Assembly (NCBI GenBank): GCA_964291415.2
Contig: OZ219918.1
Location: 576,001 to 640,000, forward strand
Direction: 5' to 3'
Source: Alphaproteobacteria bacterium
GTDB lineage: Bacteria; Pseudomonadota; Alphaproteobacteria; SP197
DNA: 64,000 bases
The notes under the pieces were generated by a model. It was not told where the DNA came from and did not search any database. It saw nothing but the letters and a program-made list of their open reading frames with translations. Shown here piece by piece: positions 10,217-19,509 of the stretch (the stretch's first letter is position 1; every line of letters starts with the position of its first letter). Position numbers and translations under genes: made by a program.

Positions 10217-12078
10217 TTCCCGCACCCGACGAGCCTGGCGACTGGCCCGCCTGGCGTGATCGCCTGGAGGCATGGCGCCTCTCATGCGATCTCGCCGGGA
10301 CAAGGCCTGTTCACGACTGGGTGCGCCGCTGCTTCACGGCACACAAGATCCTGCTCTGTGACGAGCGGATCCATGATCGCGGCTCGGGGACATGGCTCGT
10401 CGAGGACTACGTCGATGCATTCGAGGCGCGCTTCGGCCCCCTCGATGCCGTCATTCTCTGGCATGCCTACCCCAATCTCGGCTTCGACCGGCGCAACCAG
10501 TTCGACTTCTGGCGCTCGATGCCCGGCGGCACGCGGGGTCTCGCCGACGTGACCGCCCGTCTGCACGCCCGCGACGTCCGTGTCCTCCTCGCCTACAACC
10601 CCTGGGATGTGGCGACCCGCCGGGAAGACCGCGACGATGCAGCGTGCCTTGCCGATCTCGTGGCGGAACTCGATGCCGACGGCCTCTACCTTGACACCCT
10701 GTCGTCGGCCGGACGCGATCTTGCCGCAGCGCTCGATGATGCAAGGCCCGGCATCGTCCTGCAGTCCCAGGCGCCTGTGCCGCCCGAACGGCTTGCCGAT
10801 CATCGCATGGGCTGGGCGGAGTCATGGGATGATTCATGGGCGCCGGGCGTGTTCGCCAACAGGGTTCTGGATCGCCGCCACATGATCCATGTCGTGCGCC
10901 GCTGGATGGCGGACCACACGCCGGAGATCCAGCTGGCGTGGATGAACGGCACCGGAATGGTGGTGTGGGAGAACATCTTCGGGTCATGGAACGGCTGGCG
11001 TGACCGGGATGCCGTTCAATGGAATCTGGCGAGCCGGGTCCTTCGCCGGTGGTCCCGTCACTTTTCTGAAGGGGTGTGGACACCGCTTGCCTGCATGCCG
11101 GCGCCGGGGGTGTTCGCCTCGAGCTGGGAACTTGGCGGCGTCCGGCTGTGGACACTGGTCAATCGCAACAGCCAGGCGGTATCGGGCATCCGTCTTCCGG
11201 TCAACACCGTGACAGCCTGCGACCCAGTGGCCGGACGCCAGCTCGTCGTCAACGATCGCCAGGTCGCGATCGGCATCCCGGCGGCCGGTCTCGGCGCTGT
11301 TGTCGAGGAAGCGGTGGACCGTGAATTTCTGGACGGCCAGGCTGACCGGTACCGGCAACTCGATCATGCCCGGCACGAACAGCCCCGTCTCGTGCCGAAG
11401 GTCCGAACGCTTTCCGGAATCACGGGCCCGGCGCAGGCGCCCGACGGGATGGTCGGCGTGGCCGGGGGTCCTTACGTGCGGCGCACCCATTTCAGGCTGC
11501 GTGAGTGCGGCATGTACGAAGGTGCCCGTGCCGGAGAGAGCGCGGACCTGGTTCTCCCCGGGCTCCATTCCATGGTGTCCCGGGAGTTCCGGGAGGACAT
11601 GTCGCCGTTTGCCATCGACAGGCATTCCGTCACCGTGGCCGCCTACCGGCGCTTTGTGGAGGAAACGGGGTACTCTCCCGAGGCCCCCGGGTGCTTTCTC
11701 GAACCCGGGGCCGGGCCTCATGAGCCGGTCACGCGGGTTGATCCCGACGATGCCCGCGCCTATGCATCCTGGCTCGGGCGGCGACTGCCTACGGAAGCGG
11801 AGTGGCAGCGAGCCGCCGAGGACGGTTTGCTGGGCGATGACCCGGTGCGAGTCTGGAACTGGACCGAGCCTGAAATGAGTGATGGACGAACACGGTTCTG
11901 CATCGTGAAGGGCGGCAGCCACCACCACTCCTCGACGTCCGACTGGTATGCGGATGGCGGGGTGCGCGATGCGGCGTTTGCCGCCAAGTACCTGCTCATG
12001 TGGCCTGGTCTCGACCGCTGTGCCACCATCGGATTCCGGACCGCCGTCGATCTCCGGGTTTCGATTCAATCCGGGTGA
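10201..12078 (+). CDS. Large N-terminal domain (putative hydrolase-like barrel) fused to a C-terminal FGE-sulfatase (SUMF1-like) domain
   Basis: ATG 10201 overlaps the upstream gene. C-terminal FAIDRHSVT, PVTRV, DARAYASW.GRRLPTEAEWQRAA, VWNWT, KGGS, IGFRT; N-terminal LWHAYPNLGFD..NQFD, DGLYLDT. Confidence 0.8.
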   Translation: MPRCLIPAPDEPGDWPAWRDRLEAWRLSCDLAGTRPVHDWVRRCFTAHKILLCDERIHDRGSGTWLVEDYVDAFEARFGPLDAVILWHAYPNLGFDRRNQFDFWRSMPGGTRGLADVTARLHARDVRVLLAYNPWDVATRREDRDDAACLADLVAELDADGLYLDTLSSAGRDLAAALDDARPGIVLQSQAPVPPERLADHRMGWAESWDDSWAPGVFANRVLDRRHMIHVVRRWMADHTPEIQLAWMNGTGMVVWENIFGSWNGWRDRDAVQWNLASRVLRRWSRHFSEGVWTPLACMPAPGVFASSWELGGVRLWTLVNRNSQAVSGIRLPVNTVTACDPVAGRQLVVNDRQVAIGIPAAGLGAVVEEAVDREFLDGQADRYRQLDHARHEQPRLVPKVRTLSGITGPAQAPDGMVGVAGGPYVRRTHFRLRECGMYEGARAGESADLVLPGLHSMVSREFREDMSPFAIDRHSVTVAAYRRFVEETGYSPEAPGCFLEPGAGPHEPVTRVDPDDARAYASWLGRRLPTEAEWQRAAEDGLLGDDPVRVWNWTEPEMSDGRTRFCIVKGGSHHHSSTSDWYADGGVRDAAFAAKYLLMWPGLDRCATIGFRTAVDLRVSIQSG

Positions 12079-12084
12079 CGAGCC

Positions 12085-12639
12085 ATGGCGCGGGCGATCA
12101 GACCGGACAGCATCACCACCTCACGCCTGGTTCTCGAGCCGCTGGAATTGCGTCACGCGCCCCAGGTGACGCGTTTCTGCCGCCTGTGGGAGGTGGCCCG
12201 GTACACGGCGAACATTCCTCACCCCTACCCTGCGGGTTGCGCCGAGACCTTCGCGAAGGATGCCGTCAGCAAGAGGGAGTCGGGTGGAGGCTGGGTCTAT
12301 GCGGTCACCGTGGCCGACGGCGGTGAGGTGATCGGCGTCATCGACATCACGCTCAGCGACAAGGATCGTTCAGGCGAGCTGGGCTATGCCTTCGCCCCCT
12401 GGAGCTGGGGCAATGGCTATGCCAGCGAAGCCGCGCGGGCCCTGATCGGGTTCGCCTTCCAGGTCCTGCGTCTCGACAAGGTGGAGGCCTTTGCCATGGT
12501 GGAGAACGAGGCCTCCGAGCGCCTGCTCACCCGGATCGGCATGCGCCGGATCGGTGAGCGCATGATGCCGGCCCCGGCGAGAGAGCGGGATGTCCTGTGC
12601 GGGGTCTTCCAGGTGTTCTGGTCACAGGTCCGCACATGA
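12085..12639 (+). CDS. GNAT family N-acetyltransferase (RimJ/RimL-like)
   Basis: ITTSRLVLEP, IPHPYP, ELGYAF..WGNGYASEA, NEASERLL. Confidence 0.92.
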   Translation: MARAIRPDSITTSRLVLEPLELRHAPQVTRFCRLWEVARYTANIPHPYPAGCAETFAKDAVSKRESGGGWVYAVTVADGGEVIGVIDITLSDKDRSGELGYAFAPWSWGNGYASEAARALIGFAFQVLRLDKVEAFAMVENEASERLLTRIGMRRIGERMMPAPARERDVLCGVFQVFWSQVRT

Positions 12640-13046
12640 CGCGGCCATCCCGCCTGCTGCTCGTGGTGGCCTGTGCTCTGGTGGATGTCGACAACCGCGT
12701 TCTCCTTGCCAGGCGCCCCGAAGGGAAATCCATGGCGGGGTTGTGGGAGTTTCCAGGGGGGAAGGTGCGTGCGAACGAGACCCCGGAGCATGCCCTGATA
12801 CGGGAACTGCGCGAGGAACTCGGCATCGATGTCAGCGAGGCCTGCCTGGCGCCCTTCACCTTCGCCAGTCACGCCTATCGCGACTTTCATCTCCTCATGC
12901 CGCTCTATGTCTGCCGCCAGTGGAACGGCGTGATCGCGCCCCGGGAACATTCCGACCTCGCCTGGGTCCGTCCCCGGCGCATGGCCTCCTGGCCCATGCC
13001 GCCGGCCGACGCCCCCCTCGTCGCCATGCTCTGCGACCTTCTGTAG
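12636..13046 (+). CDS. mutT: 8-oxo-dGTP diphosphatase (NUDIX)
   Basis: Nudix box WEFPGGKV..NETPEHALIRELREELG, FTFASH.Y, MPPAD; ATGA overlap with the GNAT gene. Confidence 0.93.
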   Translation: MTRPSRLLLVVACALVDVDNRVLLARRPEGKSMAGLWEFPGGKVRANETPEHALIRELREELGIDVSEACLAPFTFASHAYRDFHLLMPLYVCRQWNGVIAPREHSDLAWVRPRRMASWPMPPADAPLVAMLCDLL

Positions 13047-13126
13047 TACACCCTTTCATGGCAAGGCCCGCATTCCGACCGGTGGTCAGCCGTCATCTTT
13101 GAGCCCGATGACATCATGGAGTGGAC

Positions 13127-13975
13127 ATGATCGCCACGCAGGTCCTGTTGGCGGTACTGGTTGCGGCCCTGCTGCATGCGGCCTGGAACGCCGTGGTCAA
13201 GGCGCAATCCGATCCGTTGATAGGCATGGCATGGATGTCGGTGGCTTCGGGGGTGGCAGCCGGCCTGGCGTTGCCGTTCGTGGAGGTTCCCGTTGCAGCC
13301 GCCTGGCCCTTCCTGCTGGTGTCGACAGCGGTGCACATGCTCTACTTCCTGTCGCTGGCCACGGCCTATCGCCACGGCGACTTCAGCCGTGTCTACCCGA
13401 TTGCCCGCGGCGGTGCGCCTCTGATCGTGACCCTGGCGTCACTGGTCTTCCTCCATGAGGATCTGGGCGGCCGCGCCCTAGTCGCGATCGGCCTGATCCT
13501 GCTGGCGATCCTGGGTGTCGCGTGGCGCAGGGCCGATGTGCATCGCGACCTCCCTGATCGTTCCCTTCTCTTCGCCGGACTGACGGCGGTGACGATTTCC
13601 GCCTATACGATCGCTGACGGACTCGGCGGCCGGGCGGCCGGCGACCCGATTGCCTATGCGGTCTGGCTGTTCTTTCTCGATTCCTGGCCCACCATCGCGG
13701 TGATCTTCTGGTTGCGCAGGGGCCGTTTCGTGCGGGCGCCAGGACGCGACGTCGCGAGAGCGCTGACCGGTGGCCTCCTCTCCATGCTGGCCTACGCCAT
13801 CGTCATCTGGGCCATGGTTCATGCTCCGGTCGCGATTGTCGCTGCGCTGCGAGAAAGCAGCATTCTGTTCGGAGCCCTGATTGGCGTGTTGGTGCTCAGG
13901 GAGAGGCCGGGGCCGGTGCGCATTGCCGCGATTGTCCTGCTCGCAGCAGCGGTCGCACTGCTCCGTCTTGCCTGA
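13127..13975 (+). CDS. EamA/DMT family transporter
   Basis: AALLHAAWNA, GDFSRVYPIARG, ALRESSILF; about 10 TM segments. GGAG precedes ATG 13127 (alternative GTG 13121). Confidence 0.9.
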   Translation: MIATQVLLAVLVAALLHAAWNAVVKAQSDPLIGMAWMSVASGVAAGLALPFVEVPVAAAWPFLLVSTAVHMLYFLSLATAYRHGDFSRVYPIARGGAPLIVTLASLVFLHEDLGGRALVAIGLILLAILGVAWRRADVHRDLPDRSLLFAGLTAVTISAYTIADGLGGRAAGDPIAYAVWLFFLDSWPTIAVIFWLRRGRFVRAPGRDVARALTGGLLSMLAYAIVIWAMVHAPVAIVAALRESSILFGALIGVLVLRERPGPVRIAAIVLLAAAVALLRLA

Positions 13976-14072
13976 GCCTGAAGCCAGGCTCGATCCCCCC
14001 GGCTGTCACCGCATACTCCCCTCTTGTAAGGTCTGCGACGTGCGGTCGTCGGGCTGCCAGCGGGAGGCAACG

Positions 14073-16592
14073 ATGCTGAGTATTGACCCCAATGATCTGG
14101 CTCCATGCAAGGAGTTCTTCGAGCACCCCTCAGGGCCGCACGGTCCGGATCTTCAGCGACTGCTGACCATCATGCGGGCCGACACGGTCGATGATCCGCA
14201 CGTCATTGTCGAAAGGGAAGACGGGGCATTCGGGCTTGGCACGGCAAGCGATCGGCGCGGAGATCCTGTCCTCATCTACGAGGGTGTGCGCTTCGAGACC
14301 CATGGAGAGGCGCTGAAAGCCATGTTCAAGCTCCGTTGGGAGATGCTGACCGGGTGTCGCTTGCCCCTGGGCGAGGACCTCGCGCTGGACGGTCGTCCCC
14401 GCCACCCGGTGGTCGACGAGCGTCTGCTCGCCTATGCGGACCGCTGGGACGTGCGTCCCGGAGAGATCATCAACTTCAAGGTGTCCACGGGCAAGCTGGC
14501 ACCGGACTACCGCTTCGATGTCGCCAGGATCCGTTCGGCCGTCGGTCATCCGGAGGGGCCGGGTCTGCACCTCACGCCAATGTCCAGCCCGGCGGATGGT
14601 GACTACGAGGGCCGCAACCAGACGACATCGATCGGCTCCTACATTGCGTTCGACCGCCCGTGTCCGGTGGCGCTGGACGCGTTCTCTGTTCGCGTGAACG
14701 TGAAGCCGACCCTCAGGACCGGCGGGCCGCAGGCGCTTGTCGATGCCTGGGATGCGGAGCGTGAGACCGGCTTTGCCCTCCTTCTCGACGACGAGGGCCG
14801 TCCCGGCGTGGTCGTCGGCGCCGGTCCTGGCGAGGTCGTCGCCTTTGCGACGGAAAGACCGTTGCCCCTCCAGTCCTGGCACCACGTGACGGCCAGCTTC
14901 GATCGGGAAAACCGCAGACTCGCCGTGTCGCATCGCTGCCTGGAAAGGGGGCACCTGCTCCTGCGCGAGGCCGGGATCGAGCGCACAATCGGGTTTCAGC
15001 CGGATTTCGGGTCAAGTGAGTTCTTCATCGGCGCCTCGAAGGCATCCGATGGATCCATGACGGCGCACTTCAACGGGAAGCTGGAGGCGCCGGCGCTGTT
15101 CTCGTCACCGCATGGCGACGAGGGCTCGCTCGTCGCGTCGTGGGATTTCTCCCGCGAGGTGTCCGGTACCGGGATCGTGGATACCTCGGCCAACGCCTGG
15201 AACGGCCATACCGTCAACCTGCCGGCCCGGGCCATGACGGGCAGCGGGTGGGACGGAACGGCCCATCGATGGTCGGACAACCCTCGTCACTACGGGGCCA
15301 TCCACTTTCACGAGGACGACGTGGTGGATTGCGGCTGGGATGATGACGTCACCCTGACGATCCCGAACGACTGGACGAGCGGTGTCTATTGCGGGCGCTT
15401 TCAACAGGGCGCCAACACGTCCTACGCCACCTTCCACGTGCTCCCCGCCCGGGGCAAGCCGGGTTCGCGGCTGGCGGTGCTGATGCCGACCGCCACGTAC
15501 GTGTGCTACGGCAACGACGGCACCCACGTGCAGCGCCGGCGTTTCCTGGAGCGGACCATGAACCGGTTCGCCACACTGACCAGGAACCAGATGTTCCTGC
15601 AGATGCATCCGGAGCTCGGCGCCTCGACCTACGACATGCACAGCGACGGCAGCGGAGTCTGCTACGCGTCCCGGCGCCGGCCGGTCGTGGACATGGCGCC
15701 GGGGACGTCCGTGTGGAACTTCAGCGCGGACACGCTGATTCTCGACTGGCTCGAGGAGAACGGGCATGCCTACGATGTCCTGACAGACGAGGCGCTGGAC
15801 CGGGAAGGCTCAGCCCTGCTGGAACCCTATGGCTGTGTCATCTCGGGCAGCCATCCGGAGTACACCTCCCAGTCCATGTCGGACGCGATGCTCGCCTTCC
15901 TCGAAGAGGGCGGCCGGTTCATGTATCTGGGCGGCAACGGCTTCTACTGGAAGATCGCCTATCATCCCGAGGACCCCGGCCTCATCGAGACGCGCCGGGC
16001 CGAGGATGGAGGCCGGAACTGGATCGCCGAGCCGGGTGAATACCACCTCGCTTTCACCGGCGAACTCTCCGGCCTGTGGCGGCGCAACGGCCGGACGCCG
16101 CAGCAGCTGTTCGGCGTGGGTTACACCGCCTGCGGATTCGACTCGGCCTCCTACTACGAGCGTACCGCAGCGAGCGACGATTCGCGCGCTGCATGGATCT
16201 TCCAGGGCGTCGGGGAGAACGAGAGGATTGGTGATTTCGGTTTTGCGCTGGGCGGTGCCGCGGGGGCGGAACTCGACCGGGCCGACACGAGCCTCGGCAC
16301 GCCGGAACATGCGCTCGTCGTCGCCAGCGCCACCCGTCTTCGGGCCAGCTATCTCACCCTGCCCGAGGAGTTCTACCACCTGACCTCCGATATCAACGGC
16401 GAGACGTCTCCCCTGGTCAGGGCGGACATGGTGTTCTTCGAGACCCCGGCCGGCGGTGCGGTGTTCTCCACCGGCTCCATCTCCTGGTGCGACGCGCTGT
16501 GCCACGACGGCTATGACAACAACGTGGCCACGATCACCGGAAACGTCGTCCGTCGTTTCCTCGATCCGGCGCCGTTTGAGGCGCCGGAGTGA
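14073..16592 (+). CDS. N,N-dimethylformamidase-like protein, beta subunit with a fused N-terminal alpha-subunit-like domain
   Basis: GGAGG then ATG 14073. Beta-type motifs YGAIHFHEDD..DCGW, PTATY..YGN, GASTYDMH.DGSG, GSHPEY, YLGGNGFYW, LWRRNGR, GAVFSTGSI.W; LamG-like insert. Confidence 0.88.
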   Translation: MLSIDPNDLAPCKEFFEHPSGPHGPDLQRLLTIMRADTVDDPHVIVEREDGAFGLGTASDRRGDPVLIYEGVRFETHGEALKAMFKLRWEMLTGCRLPLGEDLALDGRPRHPVVDERLLAYADRWDVRPGEIINFKVSTGKLAPDYRFDVARIRSAVGHPEGPGLHLTPMSSPADGDYEGRNQTTSIGSYIAFDRPCPVALDAFSVRVNVKPTLRTGGPQALVDAWDAERETGFALLLDDEGRPGVVVGAGPGEVVAFATERPLPLQSWHHVTASFDRENRRLAVSHRCLERGHLLLREAGIERTIGFQPDFGSSEFFIGASKASDGSMTAHFNGKLEAPALFSSPHGDEGSLVASWDFSREVSGTGIVDTSANAWNGHTVNLPARAMTGSGWDGTAHRWSDNPRHYGAIHFHEDDVVDCGWDDDVTLTIPNDWTSGVYCGRFQQGANTSYATFHVLPARGKPGSRLAVLMPTATYVCYGNDGTHVQRRRFLERTMNRFATLTRNQMFLQMHPELGASTYDMHSDGSGVCYASRRRPVVDMAPGTSVWNFSADTLILDWLEENGHAYDVLTDEALDREGSALLEPYGCVISGSHPEYTSQSMSDAMLAFLEEGGRFMYLGGNGFYWKIAYHPEDPGLIETRRAEDGGRNWIAEPGEYHLAFTGELSGLWRRNGRTPQQLFGVGYTACGFDSASYYERTAASDDSRAAWIFQGVGENERIGDFGFALGGAAGAELDRADTSLGTPEHALVVASATRLRASYLTLPEEFYHLTSDINGETSPLVRADMVFFETPAGGAVFSTGSISWCDALCHDGYDNNVATITGNVVRRFLDPAPFEAPE

Positions 16593-16721
16593 CTGCGTTG
16601 ACGGACCGCCTCGCCGCTTCCTTCTACCTTCTGGTCGCGCGCCGACGCGCCGGGAACCTGTTCCTGGACTTGCGCGCGGGCACTCTTCACCCGAAACCCA
16701 TTCGTTGACCGGGAGCGCTCC

Positions 16722-18353
16722 ATGGCAAGCTTCGACTACATCATCATCGGCGCGGGTTCGGCGGGCTGCGTGCTGGCCAACAAGCTCAGCGCCGACGGCC
16801 GCCATTCCGTCCTGGTGCTCGAGGCCGGCCCGATGGACCGCAATCTGCTGATCCACATCCCGGCAGGTGTCTACAAGGCGCACCGCGATCCCCGCATCAA
16901 CTGGAACTACATGACCGAGGACGAGCCGGAACTCCACGGTCGCCAGGTCGTGATGCCGCGCGGCAAGGTCGTGGGCGGCTCGTCGTCCATCAACTCCATG
17001 GTCTACATGCGGGGCCAGCCGCAGGATTACGACCGCTGGGCCGACGAACTGGGTCTCGCCGAATGGCGCTACGCCAACTGCCTGCCCTACTTCAAGGCGG
17101 GCGAGACCAGCGATCGGGGCGCCAGCGACTGGCGCGGGGGCAGCGGCCCGCTCGGCGTGACGCGGGGTGCGACGGAGAACCCTCTCTTCGACGCCTTCAT
17201 CCAGGCTGGCGGACAGGCCGGGCAGGGCACGACCGACGACCCCAACGGTTACCAGCCCGAGGGCGTTACAAGGCTCGATGCGACCAAGCGCAACGGCCGT
17301 CGGTGCAGCGCGGCGGTGGCACACCTGCGGCCATCGCTTTCCCGTCCGAATCTCACGCTTCTGACGCGTGCCATGGTTCAGCGTCTCGTGATCGACGGCA
17401 ATCGCGCCTCGGGAGTCGTCTTCACCCAGGGTGGCGCGACACGCACGGTCGAAGCCGAGAAGGAGATCATCCTGTCGGGCGGAGCGATCAACTCGCCGCA
17501 GACCCTGATGCTCTCGGGCATTGGCCCCGCCGATCAACTGCGCGACCACGGCATCAAGGTGCGCTGCGACCTGCCCGGCGTCGGGCAGAACCTTCAGGAT
17601 CACGCCAGCGTTGCGATCACGGTGTCGTGTACACGCTCGTTCCCGATGCACCGTGTCGATCGCCCGCTCAACAAGCTCATGGCGGGCGCGGAATGGTTTC
17701 TCACGCGCGGCGGGCTCGCCGCGTCGAACGTCTGGGAGGCCGGCGGCCTGATCCGCGGCAACGACGAGGTTCCCTATCCGAATCTCCAGTACCACTTCGG
17801 ACCCACGGGCTACGAGTACGAAGGCGCCAGGATCAGGCTGAAGCAGGCCTTCCAACTGCAGGTCGACCAGCTGCGTCCGGGCAGTCACGGGCACATCGCG
17901 CTCAAGTCCGCGGATCCGGGCATGAAGCCGGCGATGTTCTTTCGTTACCTCAGCGCTCCCAAGGACCTCCGTGAGCTGGTCGAGGGCGTGAAGAAGATGC
18001 GCGATCTGATCGCCCAGCCGGCCTTCGACGGCTTGCGCGGCGTCGAACTGTCTCCTGGCCCCGACGTCGGGACGGACAAGGAGATCGAAGAGGCCGTGCG
18101 GGCGCTGACCACCACGGATTTTCACCCCTGCGGTACCTGCAGGATGGGCCTCGGCAGCGACGCGGTCGTTGATTCCGAGCTCAGGGTCCACGGGATGGAA
18201 GCCCTGCGCGTGGTCGATGCCTCGGTCATGCCCCGGGTGATCAGCGCCAACCTCAACGCGCCGACCCAGATGATCGCGTTGCGCGCCGCCGACTGGATCC
18301 TCGGCAAGCCCCAGTTGGAGCCGTTCGAGGCGAGGTTCGCGTTTCAGGAGTAA
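16722..18353 (+). CDS. GMC oxidoreductase, choline dehydrogenase-like
   Basis: FDYIIIGAGSAGCVLA, PRGKVVGGSSSINSMVYMRG, GAINSPQ.LMLSGIG, VGQNLQDH, HPCGTCRMG, NLNAPT. Confidence 0.92.
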   Translation: MASFDYIIIGAGSAGCVLANKLSADGRHSVLVLEAGPMDRNLLIHIPAGVYKAHRDPRINWNYMTEDEPELHGRQVVMPRGKVVGGSSSINSMVYMRGQPQDYDRWADELGLAEWRYANCLPYFKAGETSDRGASDWRGGSGPLGVTRGATENPLFDAFIQAGGQAGQGTTDDPNGYQPEGVTRLDATKRNGRRCSAAVAHLRPSLSRPNLTLLTRAMVQRLVIDGNRASGVVFTQGGATRTVEAEKEIILSGGAINSPQTLMLSGIGPADQLRDHGIKVRCDLPGVGQNLQDHASVAITVSCTRSFPMHRVDRPLNKLMAGAEWFLTRGGLAASNVWEAGGLIRGNDEVPYPNLQYHFGPTGYEYEGARIRLKQAFQLQVDQLRPGSHGHIALKSADPGMKPAMFFRYLSAPKDLRELVEGVKKMRDLIAQPAFDGLRGVELSPGPDVGTDKEIEEAVRALTTTDFHPCGTCRMGLGSDAVVDSELRVHGMEALRVVDASVMPRVISANLNAPTQMIALRAADWILGKPQLEPFEARFAFQE

Positions 18354-18592
18354 AGCCTCCTGGGCCGCTCGCACCGCCCTCCCAGCCCGTTGTGCCCCAG
18401 CTTGACCGATGCCGAAAGACGCTTTGCCTCGAAGCGCCCGAACACATTCTGAGACGTCTCCATCGTTCGTTGCTGTGGCCATGTCGCCCGCTTCATCAAG
18501 GTACCTCCTCATCGGGACACCTGACCGGACAACTTCTGCGCTTTCTAGGACCGGACAGATCATGTGCCAGAGATACCCCTGGCGAAAATCCA

Positions 18593-18628
18593 TTGACACG
18601 AAATTCGTGTTTTAGTAAATTCGTGTCA
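18593..18628 (+). promoter_or_regulatory. Sigma70-type promoter with overlapping palindromic operator, probable leaderless vapBC mRNA
   Basis: TTGACA (18593-18598), 17 bp spacer, TAAATT (18616-18621), 6 bp, ATG. Palindrome ACACGAA-A-TTCGTGT (18596-18610). AAATTCGTGT repeated at 18601 and 18617. Confidence 0.8.
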
Positions 18629-18870
18629 TGAAGAACGTCACGGTCACGCTATCGGAAGATGTTGCAGCATGGTTGAGGGTTCGGGCCGCTGAGGACGGAC
18701 GCAGCATGTCCAGGTGGCTTGCCGAACTGTTGGAAGGAATGCGGAGCGGAGAAGCCGAGTACGATCTCGCCATGGAGCGCTATCTGGCCAGGAAGCCGCG
18801 CAAGCTGGGCTGGATCGATGGTCGCAAGCCCAAGCGCGACGAATTGCATGATCGCTCCGGTCTTCGTTGA
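18628..18870 (+). CDS. Ribbon-helix-helix (CopG-like) antitoxin
   Basis: MKNVTVTLSEDVAAWLRVRAAEDGRSMSRW, C-terminal RDELHDR; overlaps the PIN gene. Confidence 0.85.
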   Translation: MKNVTVTLSEDVAAWLRVRAAEDGRSMSRWLAELLEGMRSGEAEYDLAMERYLARKPRKLGWIDGRKPKRDELHDRSGLR

Positions 18871-19312
18871 CACCAACATCCTCGTCTACCGACAGGATAG
18901 TTCGGACCCTGCCAAGCAGTCCCGCGCCCATGACTGGATCGTGTTTCTCTCCCGCCGTCGCGCCGCGCGTATTAGCTTCCAGGTGCTTCAGGAGCTCTAT
19001 GTGACGCTCACACTCAAGTTGAGACCCGCGCTCGGCGTCGGCGAGGCGCAGAGTATCGTGCGCGAACTCGCGGTATGGAGGCCGGTTGTCCTCGATCTCG
19101 CCATCCTGGAACGGGGCTGGCTGCTGCAGGAACGGTACTCACTTTCGTGGTGGGACGCGCTGATTGTTGCGGCTGCGCAATCATGCGTCTGTTCGGTGGT
19201 GCTCACCGAGGATTTGCAGCATAACCAGATGCTCGGAGACGTTCGGGTTATCGACCCATTCGCGGCGCCGGAACTGACGCCGGAGAACGTGCTGGCGTCG
19301 CTGCCGGCGTAG
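18848..19312 (+). CDS. PIN-domain toxin (VapC-like)
   Basis: VFVDTNILVY, QVLQE, LSWWDALIVAAA, LTEDLQ, IDPF; start at ATG 18848. Confidence 0.92.
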   Translation: MIAPVFVDTNILVYRQDSSDPAKQSRAHDWIVFLSRRRAARISFQVLQELYVTLTLKLRPALGVGEAQSIVRELAVWRPVVLDLAILERGWLLQERYSLSWWDALIVAAAQSCVCSVVLTEDLQHNQMLGDVRVIDPFAAPELTPENVLASLPA

Positions 19313-19509
19313 TGCGGCCTCCACACCCTACCGTTCCGCCGCGGACGTCCATTCTTGTCGCCAGTGCCAGCGGGCGCAATCAGGCTTCATCGAGAACAGC
19401 AGAAGGTCGCCGTTGCCGAGTATGGTGCCATCTGCATCGAATCCCCGGCCGGTTGTGGAGGGTCGCGTCGATCAAGTTGTTCTCGCCCTTCGCCACCCTT
19501 GGCTCGCGG

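Noticed and set aside
16722-18353. Assigning the symbol betA
   Set aside because: GMC family membership is clear, but there is no betB, betI or choline transporter nearby to fix the substrate.
15810-18599. 929-aa - strand ORF
   Set aside because: Antisense to the DMFase-like and GMC genes; no motifs; long shadow ORFs are expected at this GC content.
19313-19509. Possible gene fragment on the - strand (FDADGTILGNGDLLLFSMKPD)
   Set aside because: Too short, and I could not assign it to a family.
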